Source: Haliotis cracherodii
Taxonomy: Eukaryota
Direction: 5' to 3'
DNA: 64,000 nucleotides
NCBI RefSeq assembly: GCF_022045235.1
Contig: NW_027266275.1
Span: 29,016,001-29,080,000, forward strand
Shown: piece by piece, positions 25,601 through 38,149 of the stretch
Layout of the letters: every line of letters starts with the position of its first letter
Position numbering within the stretch: the first letter of the stretch is position 1
Program-made: the position numbers and the translations under genes
The notes under the pieces: model-generated
Seen by the model: the letters and a program-made list of their open reading frames with translations, nothing else
Databases searched by the model: none
What the model was told of the DNA's origin: nothing

Positions 25601-28600
25601 TTGACCTCATGTACGCTCTTACCTTGGCCTCACATACCCACACTCCTCACAGACCTTGCACTTCCCTGCACCATTATGGACATCAGCCCTCCCTGCACCC
25701 CTCACCCTCCCTCCCTCCCCACTGCCCTAGAACAAGGATACTGATGATCTGGTTGTTGTCTGGGCTGGACCGGATGGCATGGATGAGAGGGAAGGAGAAC
25801 TTGCCCTCTGTCAGGTCTTCACAGTAGCTCTTGTTGGCTTCATACTGAAACAGGCCACAACTTATCAGTTCCGTCTCACATACTGAAACAGGCCACAACT
25901 TATCAGTTCCATCTCACATACTGAAACAGGCCACAACTTATCAGTTCCGTCTCACATACTGAAACAGGCCACAACTTATCAGTTCCGTCTCACATACTGA
26001 AACAGGACACAACTTATCAGTTCCGTCTCACATACTGAAACAGGACACAACTTATCAGTTCCGTCTCACATACTGAAACATCCTGCAACGTATCAGTTCC
26101 GTCTCACATACAGAAACATCCTGGAACGTATCAGTTCTGAAACAACCCACAATGTATCAGTTCTGTAACAGCCTGCAATGTATCAGTTCTGAAACGGCCT
26201 CCAAAGTATCAGTTCTGAAGCAGCCCTTAATGTATCAGTTCTGAAGCAGCCTGCAACATATCAGTTCTGAAACGGCCTCCAAAGTATCAGTTGTGAAACA
26301 GCCTGCAATGTATCAGTTCTGAAGCAGCCTGCAACGTATGAGTTCTGAAACAACCTGCAGCATATCAGTTCTAAAACAGCCTGCAACGTTTGAGTTCTGA
26401 AACAGCCCTCAATGTATCAGTTGTGAAACAGCCTGCAATGTATCAGTTCTGAAGCAGCCCTCAATGTATCAGTTGTGAAACAGACCTCAATGTATCAGTT
26501 GTGAAACAGCCCTCAATGTATCAGTTCTGAAGAAGCCCTCAATGTATCAGTTCTGAAACAGCCTGCAATGTATCAGTTGTGAAACAGCCCTCAATGTATC
26601 AGTTCTGAAGCAGCCCTCAATGTATCAGTTCTGAAGCAGCCCTCAATGTATCAGTTGTGAAACAGCCCTCAATGTATCAGTTGTGAAACAGCCTGCAATG
26701 TATCAGTTCTGAAACAGCCTCCAAAGTATCAGTTCTGAAACAGCCTCCAAAGTATCAGTTCTGAAACAGCCTCCAAAGTATCAGTTCTGAAACAGCCTCC
26801 AAAGTATCAGTTCTGAAACAGCCTGCAATGTATCAGTTCTGTAACAGCCTGCAACGTATCAGTTCTGAACTAGCATGCAACGTATCAGTTCTGAAACAGC
26901 CCACAACGTATCAGTTCTGAACTAGCATGCAACGTATCAGTTCTGAAACAGCCTGCAACGTATCAAATTAGAGGCAAACAAACATGTAACTGATTCATAT
27001 TCAAGGTCATAGTCTATCTCTATAGAATATACTATAACACAGACATGACAGCAACATAGAGCTTGTAGGGACCATATGAATTAGTCTGATAAACTGGCAC
27101 TGTATTCTATCCATTTCCTGGATTCTGATGAAATCAAACAGATTATTAATTCAAATCAGTATTAATTCAACGATTCATTCAAACAAAACATGGAACATTA
27201 TCTCACAAAACTAGCACAGCATAAGCATTTCTAACTCCTGAGTGCGGCGTTAAACAACAAACTAACAAACTCTTACTCCTGGCTGTGTACTTCATTGTGG
27301 CATACAAAATATATAACACGATAAATATGAACACAACACACTTGTATGCCACACAGAGATCAGTGTCGATGTGTCTCACCTCTTTGGAATATAGGTTGGC
27401 ATAGTCGTCTCGGATCTGGAAGTACAATCCTAGTACATCTAACAAAGGTTTAAAGTCACTGAAATATAACAGAAACACTTTTTCATATATCACATAAATT
27501 ATAAATATATGAAGGATTTTTAGACCAGACATTTTTTTGGAAGCCTTGAATAAATGTAAATGTGAAAGCTAACCTAATATGAAAAAAAGCACTGTTTTTT
27601 TTAAAGCCGCAATAACCAGATATAATTAAAAACATTTACTGTCAGTATCAAGATTAATAAATTATGTAAAATATTATAATCAAAACCAGTTGAAAATTAT
27701 CTTAAAAACTTTAAAAAGCAACAAATTATGAATTGAGAGAGGAAATTAAAAAGTTTTTTTTTTTCAATATTCCAACCTCAATTTTGGGCAAAAGAACGGT
27801 AACACCAGCCTTGTGTACATACCTCTTGTTGTCACTGAATAGTTGCATAAGTCGAACAGCTAGACCAAACAGTCCACCAGTCTCTGAAACACAAGGTCAC
27901 ATTGTAGTATCAAGGCCAACAGGAATACTGTTTCAGTCATGAAAAAAGATTGTTGTGCTTCTGTTGGAAGTGACCGACATGGTCAAAAAATACACTGTTG
28001 ACCTGCCGATGACACACTCAACAATAACAAAGACACACACACCCCCAAGTTGTTTACCACATACACATTGCCATGTATATATTGTACATGCTCAGCTGAT
28101 AAATGTCCCCCAATGAAGACACTCTTGGAGTACTTCTGATTGAAATCCTTGCTAAGAAGTGAGGTGAGGTGAAATGAGGCTTAACATCACATCCAAGATT
28201 GCTGCACTTATATAGCGTATGTGTTTGTGGCTGCTTGTACTGGTTCAGACTAATGCTGATTTTATAGTGCCAGCTGAGGCACCATGCCACAGTTTAACAT
28301 GACCAAAAGTCCAGGGAGACGGTCTGCTAAGAAGCAACTTATCCTGCAATTACCGTATTCGACGTAATAAGCGCCCAGGGCGCTCTCAAAATTAGAAATT
28401 GGGGGCTCTTATTGGAATATTATTTTGGTGAAAAAACAGAGAGTTGAAAGTTCGCAAAATTTGTGGTTTATGCTGACAACCTGAAATGTTTATATACGAC
28501 ATATATATTTTTCCAGGATTTAATTGCCCATAATTAATGGTGCATATAACACACGAGTGTGTATTATACACGAATAAATAAGTCTTGTGTACATTGATCG

Positions 28601-31600
28601 GAAGGGGTGCTAATAGAGATTGTTCACTAGCCAATATATTAGCAAATATCGCCGTGGGCGCTTATTAGAGCGGGGCGCTTATTACGTCGAATACGGTACA
28701 TACATTACACATATGCATCCTACAAGCTACCAATATGACGACTATAAAAATATGCATCATACCAATATCCTTTGGAATTTATAGAACCAAAAATATGCAT
28801 GATACAAGCTACTTATATCATTTGGATATAACAACACTAAAACCGTGCATCTTACAAGCTACTGCAATGACAACACTAATATTACACCTCTTACTATCCA
28901 TGGGCATGATGACATCCCATTTATGTAGCTTACAATCTCTCCATATTCATCATGACCACTAAAGCTTTATATATCTAATATAAAGAAACATCGGAGATAC
29001 TGAACATTACTTGAATCTTTATCTCACATCAAGCAACTATGTAAAATCAATGGCTGTATGCGCCACAATGTGACAGACTGAAAGTTGTTGTCCATATGAT
29101 CTACACCAGACATTTGTAGCTATGACTGCAGTAGTGTGTAGAGCTATGATTCTACAATGGCTATGAGATACTGACTGCGTATCACCATGGTCTTGTAGTC
29201 CTCCTCCGTGGGGCACAGCACCGCATCTCTCCAGTAGATGTCCATCCCCTGCCCGCGATGAAGCTCCAGCAGCTGCTCTGTAACCATGGTAACACCCAAC
29301 AGGTTAGACTAACATTTAGTCTCTGAAATCTTATATTACACAATATCCTTCTTGACTCTAAAAATAAAAAAAAATTCCCTATGCTGATTTGTGGAATAGA
29401 GCTAGCTTGAGCTGGCTAGACTTGCTTTTGTATGCATTTCTAGATTATTATTTTTTCATAAAATAAATATATTCCACGGTCATGGTGCAGGACTACCAAC
29501 AGGTATACATCACGATGAACAAAGAGGACACTGTGGACCGGGACTCTTTAGTTCTGGTTAATTCACTTCCTTCATCACATTCAGTGTTTCTGTCCTCCAA
29601 CCATAAACAATACCTTGAGGCTTAACAAGTAATGAGGAACAGACGAGCGAGGGATGTCCTCTACATTTCTCTATGCATGTTAAGCAGAGTTTAATTGACT
29701 AAGATGCTGTAGACTTGTGGAGAGTACCAGTAATCTGACCATGGTTGCTGTTAATAACAGTGAGTTGTGAGATCTTCCGATCGCTTCACACAAAATTTCG
29801 CCAAAATTAATTAAAACAATATTAAGGAATTTTAAATAAAATTAATACAATAAGTTACAAACATAAGTCCAGATATACAATGAACACTTTTAATAACCAG
29901 ACAGTGTAAATACATGATTAATTTGCATACTTCAGTATGGATTTGTTGACATGGTATTTCCAGTGTTACTTGCTCACGGTAATGTCTTTCCATGGGAGAA
30001 AAAACAACAAAACTCATTATGGTGTGTATAATGCGCGCCCCCTTCTATACAGCTGAGTTTTTTGGAGAAAAAAGTGTGCACCATACTACGGAAAAACGGT
30101 ATTGAGTAAGTCACTGCCAAGCCTTGTTTGATTACATTACTTCCAGTCACATTTTTAAAAATTAAAGTTCTCACTCTTTGTTTGAAATAATATATGCAAT
30201 TAACTTTATTATTTTTAATCAGCCTCAGATGAATATGCGCAGGACCAAAAATGTTGTTTTTTTATGAACAAATGAAATGCATTCAGATCCTTTCGATAGG
30301 GGAACAAACGGTAGGTATGAATGTAACACAAAACATATATTTTTCATTAACGATTCATGACATTTGAAGTTCAGATATGCAGGACAATTACGTTTTTTCA
30401 TCCATGCATGTCGCCTGATATTATTGTATATGCCACATCTATCTCATGTGACCCTGATATCAACAATCCAACCATTGCCATCAGCCATTGACCATCTGAT
30501 CCCCAATTCATTCGGCTCTTACAACAAGCATGAGGCTCTTACATGCAAGACCCGTGAAGATCCGGGGTAGAATAGGCCTTTAGCAACCCATGCTTGCTGT
30601 AAAAGGCGACTATGCTTGTCGTAAGAGGCGACTAGTGGGATCGGGTGGTCAGGCTCGCTGACTTAGTTGATGCATGTCATCGAATCCTGATTGCGTGGAT
30701 CGATGCCCATGATGTCAAACACTGGATGTCTGGTCCAGACACGATTATTTCTAGACAGCCATCATATAGCTGTAATATTGCCGAGTGTGGCATTAAACAA
30801 GAAACTTACAAACAAATCTATGCAAACTACAGAGGTCATGGGCAGGTGCACCTGTGACCTGTGAACTGACCTGTAAATACTGTATTGACCTCCGGATGTC
30901 CGAGGCTGTGGAGTTTTGACAGCGCTAGGAAGTACACATAATTGGCAGTGTTGATTGTCTGTGGAATTCCGTATATACTGTGTGCCACTGCAAAATTCCA
31001 TCATATCACCATGGTTTAGCATGCATCACACTTGCTACCATACCAGACTTTTGTAATCAACAGGAAATATTTACATTGAAACCTAAATCCTACATATATT
31101 TCTATCTTTTCAATTTACATGCATTAAAATATATATGTACCAAACGATTAACATTGAATAATAACATAAGACAAAGATAAAACAGGCATTTTCCTTTTTG
31201 GGAGGAATGAGTAGCTGTAATTGGGAATTGGGAGTTATCTCCCTTTATCTGTTGTTTTACAGGTTCCACTACAATAAGAATTAGTTGTGCAGCCAGCTGC
31301 TTTCCTAGAGAAGATGGAGCGTGCAGTGAAGAAGCTAGCAGCTATAATTGGATGATACCATGAAAGATTTTAAAATCTCCATTCACCCAGTAATTATTAA
31401 ATGACCATGTTTTTCAAGTTGATTCTTTATTTTTAACTTCATTATTGTGACTATTTATACAGAATGTGTGCTGGGTATATTATGTGATTTTATTGCACCT
31501 TTAGGTTTGGATATGCATGCATGTATATAGAATGGCAGTTGAATGCAGAATTATAAGTTATTAAACATAACTTTACAGATGTCCATGGGAAATATTTGGT

Positions 31601-34600
31601 TGTGTGTAGCCTACAGGGCAAGCGTATATTTCAGTTATTCCTACTGTCTATGTTTTTCTGTTTATACATCACCATGGATACGTATTGGCAAGAATTGAAA
31701 GTAAATGAAGTGAATCTGGGACCAGTTTGGGTTTTTAAAGTTTTTAAAGTTGAAAACATATTTTAAATTGATATGATCTTGGGGGCATCAATCATGGATG
31801 GAATTGACCCATGACCGCCTCCTTTTACAAATATATAAATAAACTGGTCCAGATTTGATTATTTACAGACCGCCGTCATATAGCTGGAATATTGCTGAGT
31901 GCGACGTTAAACAAACAAACAAACAAAACATTACTATAGACGTCTATGGGAAATCATTTGGTTGGTTGTAACCTACAATAGGAGAGAAGTGTCACTACAC
32001 CGGTCCCACTCTTAATACCATCATCACTTTCTGTCAACAAATACACTCACCTGGTATTCCTCGCCTCAGCTTGGAATTATCCTCGATGTCATCTATTCTG
32101 TAAATGACAACACTGCTTTAGCTTTCAAGGAGGAAAGTCATCATATCATACGCTTGCTTTATCATAACTTAGCAGTCTTCTTAACTTAGATCAGGGTTTT
32201 AACAAAGACAAGAATATTGCCTCACATATCATTAAAAACTGACAATGGATGCATGTAACCTGCATTGAGATTGTTGACCATCTATAGTAATGGCAGTCTT
32301 CACAGGTCGCAGAGTGTTAAGAGTTTATTTCTATTCTCAGTCAGTCTGTAGACATGGTAGAGGAAGGTGTGGTCAGCCTGTGATGAGCAGTTTCAAGGTC
32401 ACAGACATTTACCCCTTTGTTGAAACAGAAGAGGTGTTGATAGACAAAGGATCATATTTGGATGAACACTGGATTCAAGCCCATGGTTTTACCCTGATCT
32501 ACAAAACTAGGGCTCCAGTGGACCACCAATAATTAATTGTAAGGGCCCTTACAGGAAATATGAGGGTCCTGTAAAGTAACGAAATGGTGCAGTGCAGCCC
32601 AGCACTGCGTAGTGTAAGATTTGATAATTACTTTAATTACAGGACCTCATATTTCTTGTCCAGAATATTATTGTATATCTCTAGGGAAGCAATATTTCGG
32701 GCATCCATTCTATCGATTTGTTGGTCATGTTCGTACAGGGCACATATTTCTGTGTTGTGTTAAGCCCTGCAAACTCCAGACTTCTCTTGACTCTGGCTTC
32801 AGCACCTTCCAAGGCAAGAGTTAACTGACTATAAAAGTCTGGTTTCCACCCTTGCCGAACTAGGCTGTAACTATAGAGTTATATTTTCGCTTGACTAATG
32901 AGTCTATGCATAGTCCAATAAAAATCACAAAATTGTCATCCGGTTCATAAACTGCCATGCACATTTTAGTCAATTGCAGGATTTGCAAAGCATGTGTACC
33001 GCCAACCAGGCATCAGATATTTTTACCAAATGTTTATTGTTTTTAATCATTTTATTTGATGCACTTTTGATTTTGATCTACCGTGCCCTGGCCCTGCTGG
33101 GGATCTACTGTGCTCTGGCCCTGCTGGGGATCTACTGTGACCTGACCACACTGGGGACCTGCTGTGCCCTGACCACTCTGGGGACCTGCTGTGACCTGAC
33201 CACACTGGGGACCTGCTGTGCCCTGACCACACTGGGGACCTGCTGTGACCTGACCACACTGGGGATCTACTGTGCCCTGGCCACACTGGGGACCTGCTGT
33301 GCCCTGACTACACTGGGGACCTGCTGTGCCCTGACCACACTGGGGACCTGCTGTGTCCTGGCCACACTGGGGATCTACTGTGCCCTGAACACACTGGGAA
33401 CCTGCTGTGTCCTGGCCACACTGGGGATCTACCGTGCCCTGACCACACTGGGGACCTGCTGTGCCCTGACCACACTGGGGATCTACCGTGCCCTGACCAC
33501 ACTGGGGACCTGCTGTGTTCTGACCACACTGGGGACCTGCTGTGTTCTGACCACACTGGGGATCTACGGTGCCCTGACCACACTTGGGACCTGCTGTGAC
33601 CTGACCACACTGGGATCTACCGTGCCCTGACCACACTGGGGACCTGCTGTGTCCTGACCACACTGGGGATCTACCGTGCCCTGACCACACTGGGGATCTA
33701 CCGTGCCCTGACTACACTGGGGATCTACTGTGCCCTGAACACACTGGGGACCTGCTGTGCCCTGACCACACTGGGGACCTGCTGTGCCCTGACCACACTG
33801 GGGACCTGCTGTGCCCTGACCACACTGGGGACCTGCTGTGTCCTGGCCACACTGGGGATCTACTATGCCCTGAACACACTGGGGATCTACTGTGCCCTGG
33901 CCACACTGGGGACCTGCCGTGCCCTGACCACACTGGGGACCTGCTGTGCCCTGACCACACTGGGGACCTGCTGTGCCCTGACCACACTGGGGACCTGCTG
34001 TGCCCTGACCACACTGGGGACCTGCTGTGCCACTGACCACACTGGGGATCTGCTGTGCCCTGACCACACTGGGGACCTACTGTGCCCTGACCACACTGGG
34101 GACCTGCTGTGACCTGACCACACTGGGGACCTGCTGTGCCACTGACCACACTGGGGATCTGCTGTGACCTGACCACACTGGGGATCTACTGTGCCCTGAC
34201 CACACTGGGGACCTGCTGTGCCCTGACCACACTGGGGATCTACTGTGCCCTGACCACACTGGGGACCTGCTGTGCCCTGACCACACTGGGGATCTACGGT
34301 GCCCTGACCACACTGGGAACCTGCTGTGTCCTGACCACACTGGGGATCTACGGTGCCCTGACCCCACTAGGGACCTGCTGTGACCTGACCACACTGGGGA
34401 CCTGCTGTGCCCTGACCACACTGAGGATCTACTGTGCCCTGACCACACTGGGGATCTACTGTGCCCTGAACACACTGGGGATCTACTGTGCCCTGGCCAC
34501 ACTGGGGATCTACTGTGCCCTGAACACACTGGGGATCTACTGTGCCCTGGCCACACTGGGGACCTGCTGTGCCCTGACCACACTGGGGATCTACTGTGCC

Positions 34601-37600
34601 CTGAACACACTGGGGATCTACTGTGCCCTGAACACACTGGGGATCTACTGTGCCCTGGCCACACTGGGGACCTGCTGTGCCCTGACCACACTGGGGATCT
34701 ACTGTGGCCTGAACACACTGGGGATCTACTGTGCCCTGACCACACTGGGGATCTACTGTGCCCTGACCACACTGGGGATCCACTGTGCCCTGACCACACT
34801 GGGGATCTACTGTGCCCTGACCCTGCTGGGGATCTACTGTGCCCAGGCCCTGCTGCGGTGACTACTTACAGTAGACTGGCATTGTGAAGCATCTGTATTA
34901 CTTCTCCAATCTGCACAAGCTTGTCTTCTGGGATCTTCAGCCAGTAGTTGAGGGCCTGAAACATCACCGGCACTGAGACACTATGTGAACACACAGAGTC
35001 GTGCTACATGTAACACCAACACTTCCCTGCCATACATAATGTGCTGCTATACATAATGTACTCAAGGACATTCATGGACATGATGGAACAATTTGTACAA
35101 TAACTGGATGAGAGACAGTTGCATGACAGATGAGAGACAGGTGTATGATGATGAGAGACATGTGTATGATGGATGAGAGATAACTGAATGATGGATGAGA
35201 GACATGTGTATGATGGATGATTGACAAGTGTATGATAGATGAGAGACAAGTGAATGACGGATGAGAGACAAGTGTATGATGGATGAGAGACATGTGTATG
35301 ATGGATGAGAGACAAGTGTGTGACGAATGAGAGACAAGTGTATGACGGATGATAGACAAGTGTATGACAGATGAGAGACAAGTGTATGACGGATGATTGA
35401 CAAGTGTATGACAGATGAGAGACAAGTGTATGACGGATGAGAGACAATTGTATGACGGATGAGAGACAAGTGTGTGACGGATGAGAGACAAGTGTGTGAC
35501 GGATGAGAGACAAGTGTATGACAGATGAGAGACAAGTGTGTGATGGATGAGAGACAAGTGTGTGATGGATGAGAGACAAGTGTATGACACATGAGAGGCA
35601 AGTGTATGATGGATGAGAGACAAGTGTATGACAGATGAGTGACAAGTGTATGACGGATGAGAGACAAGTGTATGACACATGAGAGGCAAGTGTATGACAG
35701 ATGAGTGACAAGTGTGTGACGGATGAGAGACAAGTGTGTGATGGATGAGAGACAAGTGTATGACAGATGAGAGACAAGTGTGTGATGCATGAGAGACAAG
35801 TGTATGAAATGAGAAACATGTGTATGATAGACAAGTGTATGACAGATGAGAGACAAGTGTGTGACACATAAGAGACAAGTGTATGATGGATGAGAAACGT
35901 GTATGATAGACAAGTGTGTGAGGGATAAGAGACAAGTGTATGACGGATGAGAGACGAGTGTATGACGGATGAGAGACAAGTGTGTGACGGATAAGAGACG
36001 AGTGTGTGACGGATAAGAGACGAGTGTGTGACGGATGAGGGACAAGTGTATGACGGATGAGAGACGAGTGTGTGACGGATGCGAGACAAGTGAATGACAG
36101 ATGAGAGACAAGTGTGTGACGGATAAGAGACGAGTGTGTGACGGATGAGGGACAAGTGTATGACGGATGAGAGACAAGTGTATGATAGACAAGTGTATGA
36201 TGGATGAGAGACAAGTGAATGACAGATAAGAGACAAGTGTATGATGGATGAGAGACAAGTGTATGACGGATAAGAGACGAGTGTATGACGGATGAGATGA
36301 TGACACTTATTTACTCACTGCAGCCAGCTTGGTCCTGATCTTCTTGCCAGGAATCTGGCAGATGTAATCGTATGGTTCAAGGAGCACCTGATGAGGAAAT
36401 ACAAAAGCAGGTTCATATTAACATCATTATTTGTCTGAGCAAGGTATTGAATTGAATTTCTCAAAATTAATTGTGTATTATGATAACTCATTCAAGGACA
36501 CTAAAATATTTTGTTACCAGGTTTCACTGTGGTTCTGTCTGCCTTGCAACCAGGCTTTAGTGGGTGCCTCAGTTAACCCTCACTTTAACAATGGGTGCAT
36601 AATTCAAGTGTTCAAAAAATGACCATCAAGGGTACTGTGTGTTATATTCATATACCAGCAGATGTATATTAAAATGTAAATATAATAAATGTTCTAAGTT
36701 GTTTTCTTTCATTACCATGATTACCACTTCAACTGTTCTCTCGCCTGAACATAACAACACAAGCATACAACACATTTTGAACAGAGAATAATGGTACTGA
36801 GCAGAAGGTTCTGAAGTGCAGACGACCACACAAAGCTACAAGACTAACTTCTCCAGTGTATCACCATGTGTAAATATGAAACTGATAAAAATCAAATAAA
36901 TCACACATGCATTACGGGTCCATCACTTCACAAAACAGTAATACCGTATTCGACGTAATAAGTGTCCCGGGCGCACTCAAAATTAGAAATAGGGGGCTCT
37001 TATTGGAATATTATTTTGGTGATAAAAAACAGGGTTGAAAGATTGTAAATTTTGTGGTTTATGCTGACAGCCAGAAATGTTTATATAAGACAATGTAAGC
37101 TAATTCCGTTGAATACTGTCATTTGTGAACAGAAACAATAAATGCATCCGGAACCTCCTCTCAGAGAAAAAGTGTGTATCTTGAAGTAGTGACTGATAAA
37201 TATTTCCCAGCAACCCCCCACCACCACCCAACTTCAGATACTCAACATGTTCATTATTACCAAACAAATTTCATTACACATCTCATTGACTGCCATGTGA
37301 ACATGGTGAACCCATTTTTTTTACTTACACAAATGAAAATAAAAACAAAGCTATATCTTTGAATATATCATTACAAACAACAAACAGCACTAAGACAAGA
37401 CAAAATATACCGTGAGTGACATATAATGTGCTGGTCTAACAGATAACGGAAGAGATTGGACGTTTCAGTCTACACGAAGATGAGACTTGGACTTTCTAGA
37501 GGTAACCTAGCTCTTCATTCAAACACAGTATGTTAACATGGTTAATCACAATACACCTTTACGCTATGATCAACAAAATGTCTGTATATTACTCCAAAAA

Positions 37601-37732
37601 CATCAAACAACCATGCAACGTAGTCCATGCAGTGGGCATTTCAGCTCCATAGAAGAGGACAACTTGGTCAATCTACCCCACCTTCTCAATTACCTCATCT
37701 GTGAAACTGGTCTGTAAAGGCACAGCACTCAT
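22619..37732 (-). CDS. GGPS1: Geranylgeranyl pyrophosphate synthase, complete CDS in 11 exons, 306 aa
   Basis: Exons (minus): 37732-37682, 36387-36319, 34955-34870, 32097-32051, 30987-30871, 29277-29176, 27883-27823, 27458-27380, 25844-25742, 24490-24376, 22709-22619. Total 921 nt with compatible phases. Motifs: [34 protein letters not shown] (first Asp-rich motif), [31 protein letters not shown] (second Asp-rich motif), [12 protein letters not shown]. Confidence 0.97.
22710..23545. repeat. Composite minisatellite (~39-bp subunits, 155-bp higher-order period) starting at the GGPS1 last-exon acceptor
   Basis: GAAA(C/T)ATGGAGGAC recurs. Identical ORF starts at 22933, 23088 and 23243 show the 155-bp period. 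Confidence 0.95.
24491..25741 (-). other. U12-type (minor spliceosome) GT-AG intron, the 9th intron within the GGPS1 CDS
   Basis: 5' end GTATCCTTG (25741-25733) matches RTATCCTT. Branch-point-like TGCCTTAAT (24508-24500) ends 9 nt before the 3' splice site. There is no polypyrimidine tract. The spliced product ATC ATC A|AC ATT TTA CGA restores the conserved NILRQRT. Confidence 0.88.
24735..25655. repeat. Minisatellite, 64-bp unit (two related ~32-bp halves), inside the U12 intron
   Basis: CAGACCTTGACCTCATGTACCCTCTACCTCACCAGATCTTGGCCTTGCATACCTTCTACACTCA is repeated. Confidence 0.95.
25841..26965. repeat. Two-phase minisatellite: 38-bp unit (8 copies) grading into a related 26-bp unit, overlapping the GGPS1 exon 9 acceptor
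   Basis: CATACTGAAAC at 25841, 25879, 25917, 25955, 25993, 26031 and 26069 (mutated at 26107), then TATCAGTTCTGAAACAGCCTGCAATG units. Confidence 0.96.
28353..28696. mobile_element. Tc1/mariner-pogo type MITE with TA target-site duplication
   Basis: Perfect terminal inverted repeats TA|CCGTATTCGACGTAATAAGCGCCC ... GGGCGCTTATTACGTCGAATACGG|TA. Confidence 0.92.
30550..30815 (+). mobile_element. Interspersed SINE-like family B (~270 bp, ACCCGTGAAGATCC head, GTCGTAAGAGGCGAC hairpin, (AAAC)n tail), representative copy
   Basis: At least 12 related copies: 128-362, 4455-4658 (-), 12906-13145, 16633-16889 (-), 18090-18300 (-), 18615-18840 (-), 31845-31928, 38862-39063 (-), 54048-54301 (-), 57811-57977, 60903-61142 (-), 63472-63842. 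Confidence 0.9.
32551..32659. mobile_element. Small inverted-repeat element (MITE-like)
   Basis: ACAGGAAATATGAGGGTCCTGTAA ... TTACAGGACCTCATATTTCTTGT. Confidence 0.55.
33077..34855. repeat. Minisatellite, 27-bp unit (CTGTGCCCTGACCACACTGGGGACCTG), about 66 copies
   Basis: Direct tandem repetition starting about 15 bp inside the GGPS1 exon 3 donor. Confidence 0.97.
35105..36300. repeat. Minisatellite, 22-bp unit (TGACGGATGAGAGACAAGTGTA), about 54 copies
   Basis: Direct tandem repetition filling most of the intron between GGPS1 coding exons 2 and 3. Confidence 0.97.
36944..37119. mobile_element. Internally deleted copy of the 28353 MITE
   Basis: Shares about 145 bp with the left end of 28353-28696 and has a degenerate right TIR. 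Confidence 0.8.
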
Positions 37733-38149
37733 TTTTTTGGAGTCTGAAAGTTGGACAAATAATCATATAACAATTATCTTGAACATGAAGAAAACGAAGG
37801 GGGTTGGGGCAGTCCTCTTTCGCATAGGGATTTCATCATGTTCATAGCTAAACATGAAACACATTCGTCTTTATTATCAATGTATCATGCGACGCTTGGA
37901 AGATACATGGTATACAAACGGGCTACAAAATTTCAATATTCATCTACGAAATTCTGTGATTAGAAATGTTGTGCACTTAAAATAAGTTAAATAGTTCAAT
38001 GAATATTACCAAGTGCCTTTAGTGGTATTGTTAATTAAATAAACGTTTCAAAGTTACATACAAGTCGTAAATATGCGGGAATAATCGACAAATTCAGAAA
38101 GAAAACATTTTCGTTATGAAATAAATAATAAATAGAATTGAACGAATAT

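Noticed and set aside
32974-36306. ORFs of 200-414 aa (CCALTTLGT and His/Ser-rich repeats)
   Set aside because: They are translations of minisatellites inside GGPS1 introns, open in several frames.
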